Below, piece after piece: positions 1 through 7,005 of a stretch of 28,034 nt of DNA. The DNA is taken from the NCBI GenBank assembly GCA_016840405.1, contig JAEOSK010000034.1, positions 1 to 28,034 on the forward strand, written 5' to 3'. Below the pieces are notes generated by a model. It worked only from the letters and a program-made list of their open reading frames with translations, was not told where the DNA came from and ran no database searches. Position 1 is the first letter of the stretch, and each line of letters starts with the position of its first letter. A program made the position numbers and the translations under genes. The stretch comes from Candidatus Hermodarchaeum yapensis. Its GTDB lineage: Archaea; Asgardarchaeota; Hermodarchaeia; Hermodarchaeales; Hermodarchaeaceae.

Positions 1-131
1 TAAGTCTGGTCACCCTTTTTGATTGGCTTTTCATTCGGTAGAACGCATCCACGCAGAAGCCAGTATCGCTCTAGCATCTTGAAAAGAAGAAGTGGTGCCG
101 ACGGCGTGATTTGAACACGCGACAACGGGAT

Positions 132-160
132 TTCACACGTTACGCTGGACGCGGCAACGC
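132..160 (-). other. tRNA-Phe intron at canonical position 37/38 (29 nt)
   Basis: GCGTTGCCGCGTCCAGCGTAACGTGTGAA lies between G37 and A38; inner helix CGTTGC/GTAACG. Confidence 0.88.
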
Positions 161-175
161 CTTCAGTCCCGCGCT

Positions 176-210
176 TTCGGTAAGCAACACCCAACCCACA
201 GGTTGAGCTA
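176..210 (-). other. tRNA-Phe intron in the D arm (22/23; could be 21/22), 35 nt
   Basis: Insert TAGCTCAACCTGTGGGTTGGGTGTTGCTTACCGAA has internal hairpin CTCAACC/GGTTGGG and pairs with exon TCGG via CCGA. Removal restores D stem GCTT/GAGC. Confidence 0.8.
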
Positions 211-238
211 CTCCCGAGCTAAGCTACGTCGGCATCTG

Positions 239-315
239 TGGTGGGCCGGCCGTGATTTGAACACGGGACCTCCGCCGTGTCAGGACGGCGTCATAGCCAA
301 CTAGACCACCGGCCC
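239..315 (-). tRNA. tRNA-Val(GAC), CCA encoded, tandem with tRNA-Phe (5-nt spacer)
   Basis: GGGCCGG TG GTCT AGTTGGCTAT GAC G CCGTC CT GAC AC GGCGG AGGTC CCGTG TTCAAAT CACGG CCGGCCC A CCA. Confidence 0.97.
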
Positions 316-360
316 AAAGCCTGTCAATTCTGACGGCGGTCTGTTTTTCACGACACACGC

Positions 361-374
361 CTTAATAAGTTTCC
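361..374 (-). promoter_or_regulatory. BRE/TATA-like promoter of the tRNA-Val/tRNA-Phe operon
   Basis: GGAAAC-TTATTAAG on the minus strand about 45 nt upstream of tRNA-Val; the same TTATTAAG core precedes secE. Confidence 0.5.
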
Positions 375-598
375 GTTCTCCGAAACCTACGAAAACCTAG
401 ACCGGTTTCTGTTTGGTTCCTGCATGGAAGGAAACCACCGTCAAGACCGACAACGCAGTGCTGATGAGGTTAATGATGGCGTATACTCGGTAATTGGGGT
501 CGATGAGGCTGGGGTCGATGAGGAAGAACATAGTGATAGGTAATACTCCAGATTTTCTCTCTCTGCAAACAAACCCCATATGCCCGTTCTCGTCTATG

Positions 599-994
599 TT
601 ACCGAAGTGTTCGAATCCATTCATCATGCAACGATGGTCGCTCTGGGGCACCAGGAACTGCATGAAACTCCGTTTCAAGCTCTTGTACGATCTCTGTTAA
701 CTGGCCTTCTGCCGCGACGCAATCCAGAATGCCTTCTTCAAAATCCAAATTGATGGGTGGGAAGTTGATGCGGTGCATCAAAGTGATGAGTATGCCATTC
801 AATTCGACGCCAATGGCATACAGACGGAGTGCGCGTAGCCATTGGGCAGGATTTCCCATAACGTCGCCTTCAAAGGGCGTAACATAGTAGATGGGTTCAA
901 ACGTCACGATTGCGGCTCTACGTGCGTAATCAAGGAACTGTTGGTAATTTTCGACTTCTACGGGGGGAACATATTCCATTTGATCATTCTCCAT
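599..994 (-). CDS. hypothetical protein (131 aa, acidic)
   Basis: ATG preceded by a GGAGG Shine-Dalgarno; globular-looking sequence; no family recognised. Confidence 0.7.
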   Translation of the reverse strand: MENDQMEYVPPVEVENYQQFLDYARRAAIVTFEPIYYVTPFEGDVMGNPAQWLRALRLYAIGVELNGILITLMHRINFPPINLDFEEGILDCVAAEGQLTEIVQELETEFHAVPGAPERPSLHDEWIRTLR

Positions 995-1267
995 TAGGCT
1001 CTACCTCCACTTAGGCGAGCTCTCCCACCCCATTGTTTCCAGTGGAGCCAACACGGCTCTCGCGTGCATGGGGTGAACAGGAAACATTTGTTTACAAACT
1101 ATACATATCACTACTTACTTATAAGTATTGTTATTACCTTATAAAAATAGATAAAAATTGAAAACTTTCGATTAAAACCATAGTAAACGGAGTTTCCACT
1201 CAACAAAAGCAATTCCCAAGCCCTCAGGCTAGTCGCTCCAATGAAAGGACTGATCGCAAAAAAGAAA

Positions 1268-1373
1268 TGGTGCGGTCGCCGGGAGTTTCGGACTCACACG
1301 AAGCTCGTGTCAGCATTCGAACCCGGGTATTCGGCGTGGAAGGCCGAAATCATAACCACTAGACCACGACCGC
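1268..1373 (-). tRNA. tRNA-Gly(TCC) with 31-nt intron in the T loop (59/60), CCA encoded
   Basis: GCGGTCG TG GTCT AGTGGTTA TGAT T TCGGC CT TCC AC GCCGA ATAC CCGGG TTCGAA [31 nt] T CCCGG CGACCGC A CCA; mature length 75 nt. Confidence 0.95.
1285..1315 (-). other. tRNA-Gly(TCC) intron at 59/60 with bulge-helix-bulge
   Basis: Central helix TTCG/CGAA with 3-nt bulges AA|T and AC|T; outer helix is the T stem; intron hairpin ACACGA/TCGTGT. Confidence 0.9.
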
Positions 1374-1409
1374 CTTGGTACTCAAACCCTTACATATCCT
1401 TTAAGAATC

Positions 1410-2747
1410 TTACTTGTGGGGTTCTTTCACACCATCGATAGATGATGGACCGCTACCAAGAATAACGATCTTCCCGCCGGATGCATCGTCTTCACCCGAC
1501 CTCATTGTTGGATAATTTTTTCCCTGATTTTCCACCCCAATCGTTTCAGGGGATTGACCAGGGTTGATACTATCCGTCCCATTACGGGAAGGTAGATTTC
1601 CAAGACGCCGCCAGAGGCTCCATGCATGCACACGACGATTGTGTGTCAGCTCGTTGATCTTTCTTCCTTCAATTGGTTCAAGAACCAACGATTTTAGCTC
1701 CCGAAGGTGCTCGTGGAAACCCTGTCCACGGCGAGCAACAACAAGCGCTGCCGCTTGGTGAACTGTGACATGATAAAAAGGGGCGTACTTCCATTTTCCA
1801 ATGATGGATGTAAAAGCTGGATTAACAAATCGAACCTGTAGTTTGTCTCGAAATGCACGACGTTGAACCGCAGTGAGAAATTTTTGATGTGCGAATTTGT
1901 GTTGATTGGCTCGTCCACGGGCTACATCCCTTAATCGTTCAAGAACTAGACCTCATCTCCAATATTTAGCAAATCGGACTACTTCTTTGGCGAGATTTCC
2001 AATTAACCACTCTCTCTTACCTTTGCGTGCTGAAGTCAATGAAGCGCAAAGAATTGTGTGGGTTGCCTTCAATTGACCTTGGGAATTAGTCACACTCAAG
2101 TCAATTGTTGAGTGGTTGAAATCTATACCAACCGCTCCTTTTTCAAATCCTACACATTCATTATTAGTTTCTTCACAATTTACTCGTAGCTCGTAGGTTT
2201 TACCTCTTCGTAGTATTCTTACTCCATAAGCTCTGTCCCCAAAAAGAATATCAAGTGTATGAGGAAGATAAGCTGGAATTCTTATCCAACTTCTAAATCC
2301 GTTATTCACACGCAAGTGATGTTTTCCTTCTTGCTACTCAAATCGTAAATTTAGATTTCCTTTTTTAGCTTTTTCACCACGAGAATATAGCGGGTTGTTT
2401 CGAATTGCACGCCACTCAGACTTGGATAGTTGACCTTTTTTAAGGCTAATTAGATTTCTTCGACCTCCAAAGATTACCTTTGATGGTGTTTCTAATTGTC
2501 CTGATTTGACACGAAATATTGCTGCCTTAAAGGCATCTATTGCCCTGAAGTATCCGCATCGTCGGTAAAGCGAATTCAATTGTGGAAAAAAGGATTTTAG
2601 AGATGCTTCTATTTCAGATTGAGTTTTTTCATCACAGATTCGCTTGTATGCAAAACGGATACATGCTGATTGGTGGCGCATAAGTTCATCTAGTATCCTA
2701 GCTTGTCTAGAATTTGGGAAAAGCTTACCACAAATTGTGGTTTGCAT
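1410..2747 (-). pseudogene. tnpB: IS200/IS605-family TnpB-related RNA-guided nuclease, interrupted by two in-frame stops (TAG 2334-2336, TGA 1953-1955)
   Basis: ORFs 2334..2747, 1953..2315 and 1410..1688 are in one frame (446 codons in total). Motifs: MQTTICGKL, LYSRGEKAKKGNLNLRF, RuvC-I GAVGIDFN, RuvC-II LVLERL, VNPAFTSIIGKWKY, VHQAAALVVARRGQG. Confidence 0.9.
1420..1591 (-). ncRNA. putative omega-RNA (reRNA) scaffold overlapping the tnpB 3' end
   Basis: Nested minus-strand stems with G-U pairs: CTTCCCG/CGGGAAG, GGATAGT/ATTATCC, CCCTGGT/ATCAGGG, CCCC/GGGG, then CCATC/GATGG. This is the position expected for a TnpB guide RNA. Confidence 0.55.
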
Positions 2748-2977
2748 CGATCAAGCACTTCCTCCGTCACCATTCTCTTTTGGTGAAGTGCTTTAAACTA
2801 AAAATTTAATTCATTGACGAGATCCTAGTTTTTGATTCAGTTCATTCGGAGTTAAAAAAAACCGTTGGGGTAACCTAGATTCGCTTAAGTGTTTCCATTC
2901 TTCGGAGGAACAGAAACCGGTGGGGAAAAGCGATAGCCAAAACCAATAAAAAGGGGTGGCGGGTTGAATTGCTCCGT

Positions 2978-3052
2978 GCGCTGTTGGTCTAGTGGCTAGG
3001 ACTCCAGCCTGCCACGCTGGGTGCCCGGGTTCAAATCCCGGACAGCGCACCA
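2978..3052 (+). tRNA. tRNA-Gly(GCC), intronless, CCA encoded
   Basis: GCGCTGT TG GTCT AGTGGCTA GGAC T CCAGC CT GCC AC GCTGG GTGC CCGGG TTCAAAT CCCGG ACAGCGC A CCA. Confidence 0.97.
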
Positions 3053-3086
3053 TTCCATCCAATTTTTTCCTGTGTCGGTGTTGCAG

Positions 3087-3476
3087 GTGCGAAGTCGAGG
3101 GAGTAGTCGATGGCGGACAACGGTAATGAATCACCTCCAGACTTTATTCCGACAGGCTGAAGACGTGGCTCCACAAGATCCTGCACTTGCTCAGCGATAT
3201 GTTCAGATGGCACGACGGATAGTCATGCGGACACGTATCCGACTCCCATCAGATCTTCGACACCGATACTGCCATCGTTGCGAGCACTACTTACGCCCTG
3301 GCGTTAATTCTCGTATCAGATTACGCACGACAGGTCGCAATGGGTCGACTGTAATCACGTGTTTATCCTGTGGGTATCGACGGAAAATCATATGGAAACG
3401 ACCGAAAAAAGAAACGCAAAAAGAAAAATCCAATCACGTGTCAAAACGAGGAAAGAAAATTGCCGTCAAAAGATGA
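3087..3476 (+). CDS. rnp4: ribonuclease P protein component 4 (Rpp21/Rpr2)
   Basis: LAQRYVQMARRIVMRTRIRLP, zinc ribbon YCHRC...PG...CLSCG. Start is GTG 3087 (GGTG SD) or ATG 3126. Confidence 0.92.
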   Translation: MRSRGSSRWRTTVMNHLQTLFRQAEDVAPQDPALAQRYVQMARRIVMRTRIRLPSDLRHRYCHRCEHYLRPGVNSRIRLRTTGRNGSTVITCLSCGYRRKIIWKRPKKETQKEKSNHVSKRGKKIAVKR

Positions 3477-3717
3477 TATCGCCCGAATCTGGGCGGATGA
3501 AAAACCTGCAGTTCGAATTGGGAAGGAAGGTTTAGATGCAGGTATCATTGAAGAGGTTAAACGTCAATTGAAGCGACAGAAGGTCATCAAAGTGAAGTTC
3601 CTTCGATCCATGACCCTCTCTAAGAATATTGATGAACTGGCTGCTGAACTGGCAGCGAAGACTTCCAGCGAAGTATGGGGACGCCGGGGATTCGTTGTTG
3701 TGTTGGCACGCCGCTGA
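3460..3717 (+). CDS. yhbY: YhbY/CRM-domain RNA-binding protein
   Basis: PAVRIGKEGL...IIEEVKRQLK..KVIKVKFL...RGFVVVL; conserved position between rnp4 and rps19e; TTG start inferred from GAGG SD. Confidence 0.9.
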   Translation: MPSKDDIARIWADEKPAVRIGKEGLDAGIIEEVKRQLKRQKVIKVKFLRSMTLSKNIDELAAELAAKTSSEVWGRRGFVVVLARR

Positions 3718-3764
3718 CAATGAAAAAGCCGAATAGTACTAAAATTGACAGTTTAAATGCCTAA

Positions 3765-4043
3765 GATCGATATTCTTTTCCTAATCAAAAATGTGCTCAA
3801 ATTGTGGTTTCATCAAATCGGAGTTACCATTATCAACACGGACGTATCGCTGCGAACAATGCGGATTCACTGCTAATCGGGATTTAAACGCCAGTTATAA
3901 CTTATACACTGTCGCCGTGAGTCTCCCGGAGACACAAAACGCCTGTTTTGAGGCAGGAGGTTGCAGACCCCTTGGGTCAGTGCCTGTCAGTGATGCAGGA
4001 ACCGAACGGAAAACCATAAGGGTGTCATAAGTTTCGGATGACG
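3765..4043 (+). mobile_element. tnpB: truncated tnpB remnant (C-terminal zinc ribbon, RuvC-III and right end) of an IS200/IS605- or IS607-type element
   Basis: ORF 3791..4030: CSNCG...LPLSTRTYRCEQCGFTANRDLNASYNL, preceded by degenerate DR-x-FP codons; the rest of the gene is absent. Confidence 0.85.
3911..4043 (+). ncRNA. putative TnpB omega-RNA scaffold with K-turn
   Basis: Stems GTCTC/GAGAC, CCTGT/GCAGG, GGCAGG/CCTGTC, GACCC/GGGTC, CCGAA/TTCGG. TTGA (3948-3951) opposite AGTGATG (3989-3995) forms a C/D-type kink-turn. Confidence 0.6.
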
Positions 4044-4051
4044 ATAAGTAC

Positions 4052-4066
4052 GAAGGATTTTTATAG
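4052..4066 (+). promoter_or_regulatory. BRE/TATA-like promoter of the rps19e operon
   Basis: GAAGGA-TTTTTATAG about 70 nt upstream of the rps19e start. Confidence 0.5.
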
Positions 4067-4133
4067 CTTTCATCGAGTACTTCTGCCGACTCGTCGGCGA
4101 GTCGATTTTTGCGTACGCCGTGGGGTCTTTATC

Positions 4134-4562
4134 GTGTCTACTGTATTTGACGTTCCGGCAGAGCAGCTCATCCCGCGCATCGTGGAGGAGCTCAAGAAGG
4201 CGAAAGAAGTCACGCCACCCGAATGGGCTAGCTTTGCCAAGACAGGCACCCACAAAGAAAAACCCCCTACCGATCCGGATTGGTGGTACACCCGTTGCGC
4301 CTCGATTCTTAGGCGTCTATACGTTAAGGGGCCATCTGGAGTATCACGGCTTCGAACCGCTTATGGTGGTCGCAAGCGTCGTGGTGTCCGTCCGAATCAC
4401 TACGCAAAAGGGAGCGGCTCCATTATCCGAACCGCGCTGCAACAATTAGAAGCCGCTGGACTCGTCGAACACGAAAAGGGTACGGGACGACGCCTGTCAA
4501 GTCAAGGGCGTTCATTTCTTGACAAGTTAGCACACATGATGCGAACAAAAGGAGCAGGATAA
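4134..4562 (+). CDS. rps19e: 30S ribosomal protein S19e (eS19)
   Basis: STVFDVP..., PEWASFAKTGTHKEKPP, DWWYTRCASILRRLY, YGGRKRRG, GSGSIIRTALQQLE; GTG start at 4134. Confidence 0.98.
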   Translation: MSTVFDVPAEQLIPRIVEELKKAKEVTPPEWASFAKTGTHKEKPPTDPDWWYTRCASILRRLYVKGPSGVSRLRTAYGGRKRRGVRPNHYAKGSGSIIRTALQQLEAAGLVEHEKGTGRRLSSQGRSFLDKLAHMMRTKGAG

Positions 4563-4584
4563 TCAATTAGTGAGGTTGACTCTC

Positions 4585-4914
4585 ATGAGCGATGAAGAGT
4601 TAGATGAGCTACGACGGCGAAAAATGGCGGAATTACAACAACAAGCCATGGCAGAACAACAGGTAGCTCAAGAAGAAGCAATTCGAGCCCAACGGGCGGC
4701 AGTGCTTCGTCAAATTCTCAGTCCTGAAGCCCGTGATCGGATGAATAACCTTCGCATGGTCAAACCCGAATTCGCAGAGCAATTGGAAAATGAACTCATT
4801 CGTCTCGCTCAAGCAAAACGATTACCCGAAGTTCCAATTTCTGATAAAACCCTGAAAACCATGCTTGCACAAGTACAGTCTCGCAAGCGTGATACGAAAA
4901 TTGAATTTAGGTGA
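4585..4914 (+). CDS. PDCD5/TFAR19-like DNA-binding protein
   Basis: SDEELDELRRRKMAELQ, LRQILSPEARDRMNNLRMVKPEFA; conserved position after rps19e. Confidence 0.95.
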   Translation: MSDEELDELRRRKMAELQQQAMAEQQVAQEEAIRAQRAAVLRQILSPEARDRMNNLRMVKPEFAEQLENELIRLAQAKRLPEVPISDKTLKTMLAQVQSRKRDTKIEFR

Positions 4915-4937
4915 ATTAGTGAAGGTTGTGGCTCAAA

Positions 4938-5093
4938 ATGGCTCGAAACAAACCCTTAGGAAAAAAGCTCCGGATGGCACGTCAACTCAAATCAAATGTA
5001 AGCGTTCCCGCGTGGATAATGGTCAAGACCAATGGAAAAGTTCGGACGCATCCTAAACGCCGAAATTGGCGGCAATCAAAACTTAAACCATAG
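4938..5093 (+). CDS. rpl39e: 50S ribosomal protein L39e (eL39), 51 aa; absent from the ORF track
   Basis: Own translation: [51 protein letters not shown]. Confidence 0.97.
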   Translation: MARNKPLGKKLRMARQLKSNVSVPAWIMVKTNGKVRTHPKRRNWRQSKLKP

Positions 5094-5116
5094 AAGATAG
5101 TGGAGTGTGCTCAGGT

Positions 5117-5443
5117 ATGGCTGAAGAAGACGATGCAGTAACAGAAGCTCTTGAAGCTCCCGAAGTTACCGAAGAAATTGTAGTTGAACGACTCTATACT
5201 ATCCCCCTGGGCAAAGCCTATAATGCTGTCCGAAAGAAACGAGCCAAACGAGCAGTGAATATGGTAAAAGCTTTCATTATCCGTCACATGAAAGTCGAAG
5301 AGGAAGAAGACCTCTCCCTCGACCCAGTCCTTAATGAGTATCTTTGGACGCGTGGAATTGAAAAACCACCACGCCGTGTTCGTGTACGTGCAACGAAAGA
5401 CCGGGATGGCTTCGTCAAAGTCTTTTTAATCGAAGGACAATGA
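5117..5443 (+). CDS. rpl31e: 50S ribosomal protein L31e (eL31)
   Basis: ERLYTIPL, KRAKRAV, LNEYLWTRGIEKPPRRVRVR. Confidence 0.97.
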   Translation: MAEEDDAVTEALEAPEVTEEIVVERLYTIPLGKAYNAVRKKRAKRAVNMVKAFIIRHMKVEEEEDLSLDPVLNEYLWTRGIEKPPRRVRVRATKDRDGFVKVFLIEGQ

Positions 5444-5489
5444 ATAGGTCCTCCAACCCCCGGACTAATCAATAAACGTGGCTACCCTA

Positions 5490-6155
5490 ATGAGTGGAAA
5501 AATTGAACGATTTGAGTTTGACGGCAGCTCAAATATTGGTGCCTTTAGCCGCGTTACTGATCACTGGGTTCTTCAATCACCTAGTAATGAACCTACTACA
5601 CGGGGTCTTGCTGCCCTCTTTGAAAAACAACCTCTTAGAACAACAATTGGGCAAAGCACTCTCGTAGGATTTCTTACTGCAGGAAACAAAAATGGAATTC
5701 TGGTTCCTCATATCATACTTGATGAAGAGATAGACTTACTCACACAAACACTGGATTCTCAGATTTTGTCATTAGACTCAAAACTTACAGCACTTGGTAA
5801 CCTAATCCTTGCCAATGATCACGCAGCACTCGTCAGCCCAGATTTTTCCAAATCTGACCTCCAAACCATCCGCGACACATTAGCTGTTGAAGTTGAAGTT
5901 CGAACTCTTGCTGACTCTGGTCTAGTTGGATCCTACTGTGTAGTCACTAACAAAGGATTATTGGCTCACACAGACATATCTGAAGATGAACTGGAGTGGT
6001 TAGGCTCCTTCTTTTCAGTAGAAACTGAAGTGGGAACCATCAACTGTGGTGTGCCCTACGTTTCCATCGGTTTGTTAGCAACGAGCCATGCTGCCGCTGC
6101 TGGGTTTGAAACAACCGGTCCAGAATTAATGCGGATAACAGAAGCCTTCTTTTAA
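5490..6155 (+). CDS. eif6: translation initiation factor 6 (aIF6/eIF6)
   Basis: GSSNIGAF, GNKNGILVP, ALGNLILANDHAALVSP, GTINCG, TTGPELMRI; start ATG 5490 or GTG 5478. Confidence 0.96.
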   Translation: MSGKIERFEFDGSSNIGAFSRVTDHWVLQSPSNEPTTRGLAALFEKQPLRTTIGQSTLVGFLTAGNKNGILVPHIILDEEIDLLTQTLDSQILSLDSKLTALGNLILANDHAALVSPDFSKSDLQTIRDTLAVEVEVRTLADSGLVGSYCVVTNKGLLAHTDISEDELEWLGSFFSVETEVGTINCGVPYVSIGLLATSHAAAAGFETTGPELMRITEAFF

Positions 6156-6248
6156 TCAAATCCCTCAAGTTAGGATAAGTCTAGGAAAGAGTTAAAATAG
6201 AACTCACTATTCGATGGATGGCTACACACACAAAAGAGGCTGATTAGA

Positions 6249-6482
6249 ATGTCTGTCCAAATATTTCGGCTTCAAGGAACCTATCGCCGCACGAAACGAA
6301 ATTACCGGTTTTCTAAAGAAATTCGAGCTAGCAGTGAAAATGATGCCCGTGAGCAGCTCTATTCTATTCTAGGATCCTGTCACCGAGTTCAACGAAAAGC
6401 TATCAATATTGAACAGATAAACATCATCACACCTCAACAGGCAGAAAAGCCACTGATTCGAAAGCTTAGTGGTATAGAATAG
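6249..6482 (+). CDS. rpl18a: 50S ribosomal protein L18Ae/LX (eL20)
   Basis: FSKEIRA...AREQLYSILGSCHRVQRKAI; conserved order eIF6-LX-pfdA. Confidence 0.93.
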   Translation: MSVQIFRLQGTYRRTKRNYRFSKEIRASSENDAREQLYSILGSCHRVQRKAINIEQINIITPQQAEKPLIRKLSGIE

Positions 6483-6526
6483 CCAATTGTGTAAGCCTTC
6501 GACCCACTCTTTGGGGATTACGAATT

Positions 6527-6979
6527 ATGGCAAAAACCCCTCCCAACCCAGAAGAAATGGCTCAGTCATTAATTGTTCATATTCAAAACTTAGAGGAAGA
6601 AATCATTCGCGGGCAACAAAACCTCCAAATGATTGAACTCCAACTTCAACGGCTACTGGAAACTGGATCGGCCGTCCGTGAACTAAAGAATCACAAAGTC
6701 GGGGATGAAATCCTAATCAACATCGGGTCTGGGGTTCACCTTCATGTCCAACTTACAGATGTAAAGCGCGTTATTACTTCACTCGGGGCTGCATTTGCCA
6801 CTGAAAGAACTATCGATCAAGCTTTAGCTCGATTTGAAGAACAACAAAAACAACTCACCGATATCGCCCAACGTCAACAAGAACAAATCCAGAATACGCA
6901 GGCTCGAATTGAAGAACACCGAGCACAACTCAATCAACTTATCGCATCAGTTCAACAGCAACAACAGAAACAACAATGA
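6527..6979 (+). CDS. pfdA: prefoldin subunit alpha
   Basis: Coiled coils flanking EILINIGSGV...VITSLGAAFATERT beta hairpins; conserved synteny. Confidence 0.93.
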   Translation: MAKTPPNPEEMAQSLIVHIQNLEEEIIRGQQNLQMIELQLQRLLETGSAVRELKNHKVGDEILINIGSGVHLHVQLTDVKRVITSLGAAFATERTIDQALARFEEQQKQLTDIAQRQQEQIQNTQARIEEHRAQLNQLIASVQQQQQKQQ

Positions 6980-7005
6980 ACTGTAAACTAGTCGGGGATT
7001 TTTAG

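Larger units (their letters stand above)
93..233 (-). tRNA. tRNA-Phe(GAA) with two introns (D-arm and canonical 37/38), CCA encoded
   Basis: Minus strand: GCCGACG TA GCTT AGCTCGGGAG [35 nt] AGC G CGGGA CT GAA G [29 nt] A TCCCG TTGTC GCGTG TTCAAAT CACGC CGTCGGC A CCA. Acceptor, anticodon and T stems pair once the two inserts are removed. Confidence 0.93.
1410..2793 (-). mobile_element. tnpB-only (IS1341-like) IS200/IS605 element; ends approximate
   Basis: tnpB pseudogene with no tnpA; hairpin AAGCACT..TCACCA/TGGTGA..AGTGCTT (2753-2793) upstream; structured 3' region; lies between divergent tRNA-Gly genes. Confidence 0.65.

Noticed and set aside
397-700. ORFs 397..678(-) and 494..700(+), and a 13-nt GGGGTCGATGAGG duplication (496-523)
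   Set aside because: The ORFs overlap the better-supported 599..994 gene, with no recognisable family or SD. A short membrane peptide cannot be excluded. The repeat has only two copies.
1410-1500. GEDDASGGKIVILGSGP resembles carbamoyl-phosphate synthase (CarB)
   Set aside because: It is the in-frame C-terminal tail of TnpB overlapping a structured RNA; no other CarB sequence is present.
1953-2336. Pyrrolysine/selenocysteine read-through of the TAG and TGA in tnpB
   Set aside because: Two different stops at non-catalytic positions, no evident SECIS, and TAG/TGA terminate many core genes in this window; nonsense mutation is simpler.
1241-3213. ORFs 1241..1441, 2811..3134 and 3031..3213
   Set aside because: Shadow frames over tRNA genes and rnp4.
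4865-5056. 63-aa ORF in the track
   Set aside because: Wrong frame; the real gene is rpl39e at 4938..5093.
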